A stretch of 64,000 bases of DNA from Takakia lepidozioides (lineage: Eukaryota > Plantae > Bryophyta). Shown one piece after another: positions 1 through 12,300 of this stretch. The DNA lies in NCBI GenBank assembly GCA_030704615.1, contig CM060732.1, positions 5,518,001-5,582,000 on the forward strand, given 5' to 3'. The notes below the pieces were generated by a model, which saw only the letters and a program-made list of their open reading frames with translations, ran no database searches and was not told the DNA's origin. Each line of letters starts with the position of its first letter. Positions within the stretch are counted from its first letter, which is position 1. The translations under genes were made by a program, and so were the position numbers.

Positions 1-664
1 TAGCATCGGCTTTAACCAATAGAGGGATTAGTGGACCGTTTACCACTATGGCTCACGACCACTGCAACGAGCTACTTTTTTAGCAAACCTTTTAGGTTGC
101 GTAGGCAGTTAGGCAAACGGTCATTAACGACCGCAGACTGTAACGGCTCTTTCGAGCATAGTATAAAAAGGCTGCACGCAACTTAGAAGAGGGCAATATG
201 AGTATCAGTGATCAGTGTGTATTCAGGGACTCAGAGTGATTCAATGTGTACTTCTGTGATGATATGACGAACTCTGAAGTAAAGCCATGCTATTCGAAGT
301 ATCTCTGTGTAGAGTGAACGTGAGATGGAGAGAATGTGCATTATGAGAGAACGTGAGATGGTGAGAATGTGTATCATCTCAGGATAGTTCTTGTTTGCCT
401 TAACTACCATTTGCTTAACGACTGCAGTCTTTTCAACTAAGATCTTTCATGCCACAAAGACTGTAAGTTGAGCTTAATCAATAGGATTAAGCAGCCTGCA
501 GGGAGATGAATTCATACGATGTTCATGGTTTAGCCATCCTTTAAATGATTACTTCGTAATCGTTTCTGAAAGCATACCATCGGACAACCTCTGTTGCATG
601 TCTTAGAAAATGGGCAGTAGTGTTGATAGCCTGTTTTGTCTAAGTCATAAACCAGCGGTTAACA
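1..664 (+). repeat. 5' LTR of G1 (start lies outside the window)
   Basis: Ends in CA just before the PBS; TATA-like TATAAAA near 162. The partner LTR is not in the window. Confidence 0.65.
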
Positions 665-666
665 TT

Positions 667-684
667 TGGCGACCATACTGGGGA
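667..684 (+). promoter_or_regulatory. Primer-binding site of G1
   Basis: TGG-initiated 18-mer two bases after the LTR end; same sequence as 23968-23985. Resembles the Ogre/Tat-type TGGCGAC...CTGGGGA PBS; tRNA identity not verified. Confidence 0.8.
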
Positions 685-934
685 CTAACGGTATGTTGAG
701 TTCAAGTGTACTCAAGGAACCTGATGGTTACTCAGTGATTTCTTGAAATCACAAAAGAACAAGTCAACGGAAGCAAAGGAATGGAAAACATTCCTGGAAA
801 AATTTCATGGCTTAGCAATACAACATAAGATCTTTCTTTCAATTGCGAAAGAAGATGACAAATGGGGATTGAAGGGAGGAGTGATCAGTATTACACGAGC
901 ACCTTGAGAATGTAGAATCAGAAGTGAAGAATGG

Positions 935-1624
935 TTGTCCCGTCTAGCTTTATTGATTACTCTAATCCCAATCAGAAAAGTTTGCTACACTAGTTATATT
1001 TTCAGAGAAGGATGTTCAAATTATGAATATTGTCACATGATCATAGAAACAGTGGAGTACTGGATACCCAAAGACTTGTTGCAAGTTAGATACACTGAGA
1101 AAGACAGATGGTATTATTGTGCCCAAGTAGCAAGACTGGTATACGAAGTATCAGTAACCATTCTCAGAATGGAGGATGTGGCAGAAGGATATTCGTTACT
1201 ACTTGGCCGACCATGGTTAACACAAGCCCAATCACACCACAATTGGGGAAGTCAGACTCTCACGATCAAAAAGGGATCAGAACAAGTCACCATCACTACG
1301 AAACAACGAGGTACCATTCCACGAGAAAAACGACCTTGCATAGTGGAAGAGTATGATTGGTCTAGTGGACTATCAGATGAAGAAGAAGCCACAGTATATG
1401 CAGCACATCCACAGTTGGAACCTATTGGGCAATTAGTGGTCAAGCATACCACAACAGTAGGATGTCACATGGTGAACACCCAAGGAGAACCGAATACTTC
1501 GAGAACGGAAGATCCGGAGGAAGAAGCTATGGACACACCTCAACACCCTGCCCGTTTCTATCAAGAAAGGGAAGAGGATATTAAAATCAGTGAAGTACCT
1601 GCCACGATTGCAACCATCGGATAA
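935..1624 (+). pseudogene. Deletion-fused remnant: 5' extra ORF joined to the C-terminal half of the Gypsy aspartic protease
   Basis: WIPKDLL matches WIPKDIL in the G3 extra ORF (23858-24553). From ~1140 it reads VTILRME..SLLLGRPWL, matching the G3 protease. gag and the catalytic DGGS motif are missing. Confidence 0.75.
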
Positions 1625-1798
1625 GAGATTGCAGGAAGGACAGTAACGGAAGAAACTCAATTGATTCAAGTGAATCTAGGAACAGTGGAAGAACCATAGA
1701 TAATACGAGTAAGTGCAGGTCTTGAAGAATCATTTCTACAAGAAGCCACTGCATTATTCACTGAATACAAGGATGTATTTGCCTGGAACTACAAAGAT

Positions 1799-2410
1799 TT
1801 GAAGGGTATACCTTCTAACATCTGTCAGCACCGAATTGAATTGGAAGTTGACACAAAACCAATTCGTCAGAACCGTTACAGAATGAACCCCAACTATGCA
1901 GCTAAAGTCTGGGAAGAAATCAAGAAATTACTGGATGCAGGATTCATATACCCAGTAGAGACACCACAATGGTTATCGCCCATTGTGATAGTACCCAAGA
2001 AAAATGGAAAACTACGAGTATGTGTGGACTACCGCAAGTTAAACGCAGGAACCAAGAAAGACCCCTTTCCACTACCTTTCACCGAAATAGTATTGGACAC
2101 AGTGGCCGGACATGAGATGTACTCATTCATGGATGGGTTTAGTGGGTACAACCAGGTGCAGATTGCAGAAGAAGACCGAGAAAAGACCGCATTCATCACT
2201 GAATGGGGAGCCTATGCTTACAAAGTCATGCCATTTGGACTTTGCAACGCACCAGCCACGTTTCAGCGGGCAGTATATGAGATATTCAAGAATTATCTCA
2301 ACGATTTTATGCAGGTATTTTTGGATGATTTCAGTGTCTTCGGACAGAAATCCAAACACTTGGCACAGTTAAAACTTTGCCTACAAGCCTGCAGAAACAA
2401 TGGAGTAAGT
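1799..2410 (+). pseudogene. Ty3/Gypsy reverse transcriptase, 3'-truncated
   Basis: SPIVIVPKKNGKLRVCVDYRKLN, DGFSGYNQ, MPFGLCNAPATFQR and FLDD motifs. Confidence 0.93.
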
Positions 2411-2421
2411 GCCCCGGTGAG

Positions 2422-3069
2422 GGGGATTGCTATTTTGTCAGCCATCAGCCATCAATATGACGTGGACACACGAAAAATGGCCACGTGGCAAAGGGTCGTC
2501 CAATTTTTTTTTTCTTGGGCTGCCCGTAAATCCAAAACTGAATGATAGTAGTAGGAAATGAATGAGAACAACACTATATTGCTTGTCATCATTGGATAAC
2601 TAACGTCGAGACCTAACAAGGTAAAATACAAAACCCTTTAATTATCACAGAAGGTTGGCAAAGGCGGGGTATGAGTTGTGGACTTAAAGGACAGTAGTCG
2701 TAGGCTAGATGGCCGCGGAGAACACCTTCGTTGGCCAAAGGTGGAGGATGAAGAAGATGATCAGGGTAAAGTTGGGAAAAATGAAAATTTTCGTTTTATT
2801 ATTATTATTATTATTATTATTAAAAATTATTTTACATTGCTATATCATCCTCCACCTTTGATGGACGAAGGTTCGGGGTGAAGTGGAGGAAAATGATAAT
2901 TTTTGGAAGCACCATGGCTGAGCGAATGTTGTCACCTTCGTTAGTCGAAGGTGCAGTTTTTGGGCAGGTTCGTTGGGCAAGGGCAAATGTTCGTGCTGAC
3001 CTTCGTTGACCTTCGTTGACCTTCGTCACTGATGGAATTGAGCTGTTTACTGACAGAATAGGAGCTCTC
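2422..3069. mobile_element. Non-autonomous Mutator-like element (648 bp)
   Basis: Flanked by the 9-bp direct repeat CCCGGTGAG (2413-2421, 3070-3078). Imperfect TIR with CTATT(T/C)TGTCA at position 9 from both ends. Left end GGGGATTGCT resembles the left end of MULE-B (GGGGAATGCT). Internal CCTTCG/CGAAGG repeats. Confidence 0.65.
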
Positions 3070-3852
3070 CCCGGTGAGCAGGCGAAGCTCCGAATAGCCC
3101 GGCGGCCAGTTTGGGAGTTAGGCGCGCGCATCAAAGTGAGTAACTATGACTTGAAGGGGAGCTTACCGAAGTGAGGTACACGACACGAAAAATATGACCC
3201 AATCACACATGCTCTCCGTCAGCGAGGCTAGAACACGGCACCTCTTACCGTCATCACTGCGGGTGTCAGGGCGGTGCTCATATCCATCATATCCAAGGTT
3301 TGAAAGATAATCTCAACCTACCACCCAAATACACTACACTTCTACTACGAGCCTTACACTTCATAGCTATTACATCACTCACATCCCTAATCCTCAATAA
3401 ATGTAAAATTGAAAGTGGCGAGCTAGCCACTGTGTGACAGGTTACGGTGCGGATAGAGCTTATCCCTGAAAGGGGGCAGTACCCGCAATGGGAAGAGGCT
3501 CTTATTTACACTGGCTTCGTACATATAGTACAACAAGATAGTTTATTTTGGTCATAGTTATTATGTGATAAAAACCATTCACAACATTGTATAGTTATAT
3601 GGATTTGGGTTTTCGATGATGTTGCGACGGCTTCTCAAAACGACCAAAATTGTCCTAAAATCGAAAGCAAAAAATCAACCGGTTTTTATGTATCAGGAGC
3701 CACCGCTTGGCCCACCGTTTCTTCACCTACCCATTGTTACCTAAACAAATGCATGTAATCCATACAAGCCCTGCCATATAGGTTGTGACTTGTGAGGCAA
3801 GTCCTAATGGTTGAGTTGAGGTTATAGAGCCTTCCTGTTCTTTCCAATCATT

Positions 3853-4003
3853 TGTCGTGCGCATATATATCGCTACACAATTACATCGTTGTCCAAACCA
3901 CACAACATATGTGCACACCAAACACTAGTCTATCACTAGTGCACCACTAGGCTGCCACTAGACAGCCACTAGTCATCACTAGTGCAGCCACTAGTCCATC
4001 ACA
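3853..4003 (-). repeat. G2 terminal repeat A2 (151 bp, TG...CA)
   Basis: Near-identical to 4336-4486; rich in CCACTAG motifs. Confidence 0.9.
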
Positions 4004-4004
4004 A

Positions 4005-4333
4005 TGATAAGGAAGAAGAATACAAGCACAAGCTCATGCGAGCTCCCAAAGCTGAAGCGTAAACTCATGCATATATAACCTCATCACTCAAATACAAGTC
4101 AAGCCAAGTGCACCCCACGCCATGGGGAATCCACATTACGGCGCCATAGCTAGGCGCGGTGAGGCTCAACTCGAGAAAGATGAGCCCACCGCGATCTGCC
4201 GTGAAGATAACAACGTCAGGTGCCCAAACATGTATTGGCCCCTGGATTGACACTTGGGTCAATCCCAAATGTCAATATATAAAAGCTAGCTATTTCCTAG
4301 CTAACTTCACACTAGTGGTAAAATAACTTGACA
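4005..4333 (-). repeat. G2 terminal repeat B2 (329 bp, TG...CA)
   Basis: Near-identical to 48761-49090 (a few substitutions and a 1-bp indel in a C run). Confidence 0.92.
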
Positions 4334-4335
4334 GT

Positions 4336-4486
4336 TGTTGTGCGCATACATATTGCTACACAACTACATCGTTGTCCAAACCACACAACATATGTGCATA
4401 CCAAACACTAGTCTATCACTAGTGCACCACTAGGCTGCCACTAGACAACCACTAGCCACCACTAGTGCAGCCACTAGTCCATCACA
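4336..4486 (-). repeat. G2 terminal repeat A1 (151 bp, TG...CA)
   Basis: Near-identical to 3853-4003; directly follows the PPT on the minus strand. Confidence 0.9.
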
Positions 4487-4500
4487 ATCGCCCCCCTAGC
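4487..4500 (-). promoter_or_regulatory. Polypurine tract of G2
   Basis: Minus strand reads GCTAGGGGGGCGAT immediately before the TG of repeat A1. Confidence 0.6.
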
Positions 4501-4746
4501 TGGCGCTTAGGTCCTAGTAAGTCCAGGTAGCCACAAGATGTGATAGTGGCCATAGCCTCACTAAGTCCTCCACCACTATCCCTACTACACTCAAACTCAA
4601 TAGATCAAGAGGCTGGGTACAAGAGTTGCCCTATCGTTAGTCGCCGTCTTGCAACCTGTGAACTTGAGCCTGAGATCTTGGGTATTGACTCCTATGAGCT
4701 TGGCCTCCCATGTGTTGTGAGCTACCACTAGTCATATCCACTGCCA

Positions 4747-6345
4747 CTATCCCAAGCAGTGTGGACATAACCAATCTCCATCAGGAACCCTCTCAAGAGG
4801 TGGTGTCAAACATCCCATGTGCCAACCTCTTGAGCATCGATGACACACCAGCATAGTGGCGGCACCACGAGCATGCCTACATAGCATGCAACGCAATCCT
4901 GCAGGTACCACTGCAAGGTTGGGATCTATCCTCCCATCCACATGTGGAAGGTGACATGGCGCACAATTTCTCACATGGTCCTTCCATACCATGCCATCTC
5001 GACCCTCCAGAATCAACACTCCTGAAGGCAACACCTCCCTGACCCTTAGAATCACACGTCCTGCTGTGACATCCAAGGTCGTAAGCGCTGTCTGCTGCAG
5101 ATACACATAGTCCCCAGGGTGGAAATGCCGAACACCTAGCCGATATCCCCCTCCACGTATAGTGACATACCTCAATGTGTCTCGGTGTTGGGCAATAGCA
5201 AGATTCTCAAAAGCCATAGGCATGACTCTCTTGAACAACTCTGCCCGCTGGGCACATGCTTGTGTCCACACATCCGGATCATCAAGGTTGAGGACTACTG
5301 CAGCCTCCCTGTGAATAGACGCAGGCAAATCTGGCTCTCGGCCAAAGAGAAGGAAATATGGTGAGAAGGAGGCAAGTGATGCTTGCTTGCTAAACCTGTA
5401 GCCCATGGCTAGCCAAAGTACCTGAAGATCCCAATCTCCTAGGTGTCCTTTTTGCAAGTCATACTTGCGCAAACCCTTCTTCACCGTCTGCACCACTCTC
5501 TCTGCCAAGCCATCGGCCTCAGGATGATCCCGAGAAGTGGTATGGTGGTCTATCAAGGCTTTCTCACACAAAGCCTAAAACTCCCCTAATAACTCTCTCC
5601 CTTGGTCCGTGAGTACCTCAGCTGGAGCACCGAATCGGCTAAGCACACGATCCAGGAATGCATACGCAGCCCCCTCACTAGCCTTGTCAGGCAACTCAAT
5701 CCATTTGGAGAAGTGCTCCACCATCACCAACACATATCTGTGGTGACGCATCGTCAGTGGCAAAGGCCCTACACACCATGCACCTAGCCACGAACTGTTG
5801 CACCTCTGTGTGCATACCACGCCACCAATACTGCCCCTGCAGTAAACTATGAATGCGTCGCACTCCAAAATGCCCTAACTCCTCATGGGCATGCCGCACT
5901 AACCGTGCATGCTGTGTTGGGTGAGGCACGATCCTCACCCGACCATCCTCCCACACTCGAAGCAGGTGTATCCCCTCCCACTTGAATCTCTTGGCTCGTT
6001 GTAGGATCCGATCCCTCTCCTTGGCAGTCACACTAGCTGTCGTGTCTCCAGTGCGGAGGTAGTCCAACATAACCGAATCCTCATGTATATCTCTGGCACC
6101 ACCTGGCTCATCACTAGCCTCAGGGTTCTTAGACACTCCGTCTACAGTCATCCCTGTTGTAGGTCCAACCTGACTTCCCAATGCCAAGATACACAAAAAG
6201 GCAGATGCATGCCATCCCGGCACCATCTCCTTGTCCGTCTCACCATGCCACCGAGCTCCAGTGTCATCCTGCTGGCTCGTGCATGGATTGCGACTCAATC
6301 CATCTGCATCCCTATTGACCAAACCCGGTCGATGCACAACCTGAA
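4747..6345 (-). pseudogene. G2 pol C-terminus: end of RNase H, HHCC zinc-binding domain, DDE integrase and PHD finger (frameshifts, stops, small deletions)
   Basis: VVHRPGLVNRDADGLSR; HEELGHFG..YWW..CMVC; LTDQGRE; DGLAERVVQTVK; C4HC3 PHD CMLC..CHRCSRGWHMGC..WLCPHC. Confidence 0.92.
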
Positions 6346-6759
6346 CATGTCTCTCATGCTCCTCCACCATAGCATGAGAGGCAAAGCAATTCTTGTAAGC
6401 CTCAGGACCCACCGTATACATCGTCTCTCTCCTCTAGTGACAATAGGTCCAATGTCAGGCTCCCAATTGCCCTTCGTAACTGCAACCTTAAGTCCAGCAG
6501 GCTTAGAGGTAGAGGACGCGTCTCGTGGTTGCTATGCCGCAACCTCTTGAGCAGTACTCCCTGCCTACTCAGTCAATGACAAGGCCTCATCCTGCCCCAT
6601 CATCTCATCCTTGAGGACCTCCTCAACCTGAGAAGAATCCCTAACCTCATCCATCACAGCTGCCTTGGCTGCCAACTCCCTCTGAACCTCGAGCACCTCC
6701 CACGTGTGCCATGGATGTCTACACCCTGTGGTCCTCACCGGCTCGCCCCCACTCATTGC

Positions 6760-7790
6760 CTATACCGTCTCGGTAGGCAGAGAGATCGTCAAGGGAAATG
6801 CACTCCGCACTCTTCGTTGCTCAGCCATAGCCAAGCTGATAATCCAGGTCAAGCAATTTAGATCCATTGCTTGCCCCAACACCTGACGACGTGATGCCTC
6901 AGAAAGAGAAGGCACCGCCGTGGTCCCAGTGGAAAAACCCATAGCCCGCTCTCGCTTGTCGGCATTAGGCTCCACTAATTGTTGCAACTGAGCATCCCAC
7001 AAGAGGCCAGGTCCATTATCCCGGAAAGCATGCGATCCTGGGAAGCTGAGCAGTGTAGGTAGTGCTGCTCGTGGTTGACCCACCTCGTTGACCACTGCCA
7101 AAGGCGAACGGTCATCGTGTCTCACACGCTGAGACTGCCTCCCTGTGTCCAAAATGCTATCCACTGTGAGGTGTGCTGGCCGCTGCACCCCATCAAATGC
7201 ACGCTTAAGCAGTGCGGGTGGCATCAAGTTAGTCCACCATAACCGTGGACGATGAGCCCGTGACCCCACTGCAGCTGCATCCAGCAACATTGCTGACCCA
7301 AGCCACGACTGGACTTGATGCACACTGGCCATCACCCTGGCCCGAGAATCGCCCATCAGTGGCACATTCTCCAAGATGTATGCTGGAGATACAGCCTGAT
7401 GAAGCTGTAAGTGGCGCAAAACCCGCACCATCTCCCAAAACAGACCTGACCTCGAGTCTCGCAATCTATTGCTATGCCCGGCTGATGAATACCCTTGGCA
7501 GGGCCAACCTGCCACTACCAAATCAATGAAGCCAACCCGCTCCAAATCCTGCGCCCCCAGCAAAGAGATGTCTGCTGGCAAGGCCTGCTGATATCCACGA
7601 ACCGTAGACACCGGCAACAACTCAGGGTATTGCTGCACCAACTGAGCAATATGACGGAGTGAGATGCGTTGTGCAGTCTCATCCCTCTCCACATATAGGT
7701 AACGTCGAACTCGTACACCTGCCTGTAACACAGCAGCTAATCCGGTGCTGATCCCGCCAAACAAGTCCAGAATTCAAATGCCTTCATCCG
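6760..7790 (-). CDS. C5 cytosine DNA methyltransferase domain (DNMT3-like) embedded in G2 pol
   Basis: Motif I LDLFGGI, IV DLVVAGWPCQ, VI ILENV, VIII HRPRLWWTN, IX-X ERAMGF..RRQVLGQAM. In frame with the upstream protease apart from one TGA at 7774-7776. Confidence 0.92.
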
Positions 7791-8382
7791 GATACTGCCA
7801 CACAATAGGTGTGGTGTGCAATGGAGACAACTGAGGTGGTCCTGGTGCAATCCCCGCACTCTTCTCCTCTCCTGACGGTACAAAAGCCTCCACCCAGGCT
7901 TGTTGCACCCGTCGATCAGCATCCCGCTGCAAATCCTTGCTCGTGCCCCACAATGGAGTCTGAGCAACCATGGTAGGCAACTCCGCCATACCATACATGT
8001 CATCTTGCTCTCCCGGAGGTGGCACATCCTCTAAATGAGCGTTGCCCTCAAGCAACTCTCCAGGCCAACTCACTGCCGCTGTGAATGCTGTTAGTGTCCG
8101 CATCTTGCTTCGTTGGGCAACCGCAACTCCTCCTATGAACATCACAGGGAGCTGCACACGCCGGCCCTCCCCTGACTGCCATCCAGGCCTATAGGAAGCT
8201 GACTCCTCCCAAAAATCCAGGGTGAAGCCCATGGGGTACAACACTGCCCCACCAACAAGAACATCGTACGAGACCGCGTCTATCACAATGGCCTTGGTTC
8301 TCATCACTGAGCCATCTGTAGGATGATCCGGCTGTAGTCTGATAGCCACCTCACGCCGTGTTATGCCCCGAGCCGAGGTAGC
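7774..8382 (-). pseudogene. G2 aspartic protease C-terminal half and linker
   Basis: AIVIDAVSYDVLVGGAVL..GFTLDF retropepsin-like C-terminus; the catalytic D-S/T-G part is lost at the MULE-A junction. Confidence 0.65.
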
Positions 8383-9329
8383 CTATACTATATGCGCACA
8401 CAAATGCATGCATATGGAGGAATGTATGCGTGCATACAAATTTTAGATATGCATAGGAACAATTTTATATGCACAACACTTAAATAAGGGTACCCAAAAA
8501 AAAAAAAAAAATTGTGATTCATCTAATCTTAGGGTCCATAGTTAAAATATCAAATGATGGAATAAGAATATTGTATATAGAATATTCCATATTCATTGTA
8601 TTATTATTATTCCACATGGATGAGTGTAGGAATGGGAGATGAACATGTTGCTTTTATGGCTTTCCAACATGAGAAAAAAGGTCGAAAAATTAAAAAGTGA
8701 CAAGGCACGGCTCCTTGTTAGATACAAATGGTGAAAGTACGGGCTCTTCCAATGGTGGGAGTCTAGTTTGAAGTTCAGAATGGAGCAATGCTAAGGGAAT
8801 GCTAGGGAGCTTGACAATGCTAGGGAGCTTTGTTACATAGGTTTTGCAGTATCTATATATCTATCTTCTGAAACATTTTTATTTTACAAAACATAATGTC
8901 CATCAGAGATAGAACCCACAACCTATCGGGTATCAAGCCTAGTTCATACCACTACACTACCCATTCAGACTTGAAACACTAATGAAATGAAACACTAATG
9001 AGATAAAGATAGTCACCCTGTGTGTACATAACATGCCACAATACTCATAAGGGTTGATCTTACTAATGATGAAATTTGATAGTGCTGAAGTGCATGTCGA
9101 ACTTGCATTAAGGTAAAGGGATCTATGAAATGCAGTAGAGATCTATGTACAAACTATTACATAGATAAATCAAATGACAGGAAGATAACATGAAATCTGA
9201 TTTCAACACCATGTCATTTGCCCCATTTATTTTACCTTACACTAGAGAGAAATACATGTATCATAAAAAATAACAAAAAATTCGGACTGACAATGAGGAC
9301 AATGTATTGTATATGTAATTTCTAATTAC

Positions 9330-12300
9330 CTAGTCATCAGCTGATACTTCATCATCCGTGTCATAAGCCTGTGATTCAAAGGCATACACATCCATGAAAG
9401 CCTCAACTCTACGCAACCTATCCACGGATTGTCCAACAATAGCTGCTCTTCGGTCAAACAAGAGATCATTGGAAAGACCTACATCACGTTGTTGATGTAT
9501 TGAATGCAAAGCTTGGGACTCGGCATACGAAGGTAGATAAAACGATGAAAGAGGACTTTGGGTAGACTATTGTAGATGGTCCGCACAATCCCATCACTGC
9601 ATCACACATACATGTATACTTATGTTAACAAATCAAATGGGAATGGTTTGCTTTGCAAATAATATAGAGATTGCAACAAAGGGAATTGAGGCGAGACATA
9701 CTCACTAGGAAGTACTGCCGAGATGAAGACCAAGCTTGCGCGCCACCTTAGGAGCAGGGGGTTCCAACAAACTCACAGGACGTTGAATGGTTGGAGTTAC
9801 CACAGATGAAACCAAAACGGGTTGAGTATTTTGAAGTGCAGAGAGACGTGCTGCATACAACGTCTGGTCCCCCTCAAGACCAAATACGTGACGTCCAGAC
9901 TCGCGGGCAGCAATAAATGTAGAACCTGCAGGAAAAAAACATGCAATGATGATATTATATCGGATAACAGTTAATGATCATGAATCAGCTCAGAAGATTT
10001 TAATTACAAAATGGAGACCAATGCAAACCTGTGCCAGCTATGAGATCCAAAATGCGGGAGCCAGGAGGTGAGCATGTCTCCAACAACACTTGCATGAAGG
10101 CGGGACTACGGTCTCGCGCACCCCTCCAGGCTTGTTGAGGAGTTTGCATGGGTAGTGCAACATCTGGAATGTGGTTGTAGATGGCATCCAACTCAACAGG
10201 GTCTGCAAGGGGGTCCACAACTTTGCCAGACTCACGCAGTTTGAATAGTCCTCCTTGCTTGGTGAGGACATGGGCGTGGAAGAACATGGTCTGTTAGACG
10301 TGCCATTTCCACAAAAACAGTGCACCCGGATGGTTTAATAATATGTATGAGAGTAGGAAGATGAAACATCAAACAATGAGATATTGAAGAGGGATGATTT
10401 TTACCTTTCCTGTCTGAGTGTGTAGAGGGGTGGTATTGATGCAAGTATATTTCCTTGATAATACGGAAATAGAGCTGCCCCTGGAGTAAGAAAAGAGCTC
10501 CAATGCAAAGGAATCATCGGAGCCCTGCAAGAACACCAAGCATCCATTGTCATCCAACAGGTCATTAGCAATGGAGAATGCATACTCCCAATACCGTTTA
10601 AAAAGCATTCCAGGGAGGAACCTGTACACCATCCAAACAGCCCTGTACAGGCATTCCTGTTGGGCAGTCCACGATGATCATGTCCACAGCCACATGACGC
10701 TTTTTCCATCCACAACACTAGACCAAGTTCCTGGCAACTGCAAACAACATACAGAAAATGTAGGAGTCAATAGCCGGATGATGAGGATATAAAAACATCG
10801 AAGAATTCCTTACATTCAAGTTTGTTTGTTGGGGAAACTCACATTTTTTAAGAACTCCATGAGCTCTTTCAAGGTCGCATCAGGAGATGTACTTGAGGCC
10901 TCCACCATATCAATGAAATGAGTAGGCATGATCTTCATGCGATACATGCTAGGTGCACCAAGAGAAATGACACTGCACTGTAAGGATGTTCGCCTGCCTT
11001 TGGCTTGTTTCCTCGAGTAGTAGGTGCAGGCACTACAACCAACTGATTTGAAGGATGTGAAGAACTACCAATAGGACCAGCAATAGAAGCCACACCTGCA
11101 TTGGGGGCCACACCTGCATTGACATCCGCACCTTTTCTTTTTCGTGATTTGCGTTTTGGTACACCCACAACGGCAGGGACCACTTGGCTACAGCGTCAGC
11201 GGCCTGTGTAGCAATCTGTTCTGCATGCTCCAGATCAAGAACAGGGACTTCAGTGGAGATACCCCCTTCATCACTCACTGACTGCCTGCGAACACATTCC
11301 TTATGAAGTCCCATTTCTGCATAGGGGATAGTACCTTGGGCATATCCAAATACCAACCCCCCCTTCCGGTGTTCCACACCCCAATCTTCCTCAATTGCAG
11401 GTGTGTACATGGAAGCTTGTTGAGCACCAAACTTCCAGGCCATCAGAAACTTGGGCTCAGCCTTAAGTCGATCACTCGGTACAAGCACAAATCTCATGTA
11501 CCTAAAATACAAACACATTCAAAGTTATTGTGGAGACAAATATTTATGCAACCTGTTCAACAATTGAACAAGCACATTAAGAAACATGTATATCCCAATG
11601 TACTAGAAAAATACTTGAAGCATAGACATTTTTGACTTACAAGGTGTATACACTATCCATGTACAATGCAATGGAAAGATGGTACCTGAATAAAATCCGT
11701 CTCACCACCTTCTCCCCACCTGTTTGTTGTTCCCAATCATTGCCTCTGAATGGCCCCTTTGGCAATGAGAACTCTCTATGAAACAACTCATTGAAATGAG
11801 TCATCTTCCATGTATCCATGTAGTCTCCCAGACTCTCACTCTCTCCTTCCTCCAAGGCAACATGAAATTGGCCAAGCTGAGTGGTGTACAAGGCAAACTG
11901 AGCCAAGGCAACCTTGCGAAGCTGCCAGAAATACAGTCAGTCAGTTAAATAACTATGTAATGTGTCATCAACAAAATGAATTAATTGCATTGAGAAGATA
12001 GTGATTGTATATGTACCTGCCACCAAAAAGTCCTTCTATTCAGCCAAGGATCAAGTGTTGGCCCACTGATAGGCCCGGGTGGAAAAAAATTACGGTCGTG
12101 AAGTGTTTGGTCTCCATTCCATATATGTAGCCATTCCACCTTTTCTTCAGGATCCACCCGGGCGGTAGCAATGTTCACCATTTTTCTTGGGTCATTTCCT
12201 CTGATCCTGCCTTTACACGTGACCAATGCAGTTTAAGTTCTTGGAGAAACCCCTCTCCAAGGGTTGGATCAGCAATAGGAAGCAACTTCACAAGCTGACT

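Larger units (their letters stand above)
1..2410 (+). mobile_element. Truncated, internally deleted Ty3/Gypsy LTR retrotransposon (element G1), related to G3
   Basis: LTR end ...GGTTAACA at 664, then PBS TGGCGACCATACTGGGGA, identical to the PBS of G3. Protease C-terminal half (LLLGRPWL) and RT follow. RT stops abruptly at 2410 (NNGVS|). Confidence 0.88.

Noticed and set aside
3079-3850. Possible structured RNA or organellar intron fragment
   Set aside because: There are GC-rich patches but no complete ribozyme or group II intron consensus that I can support.
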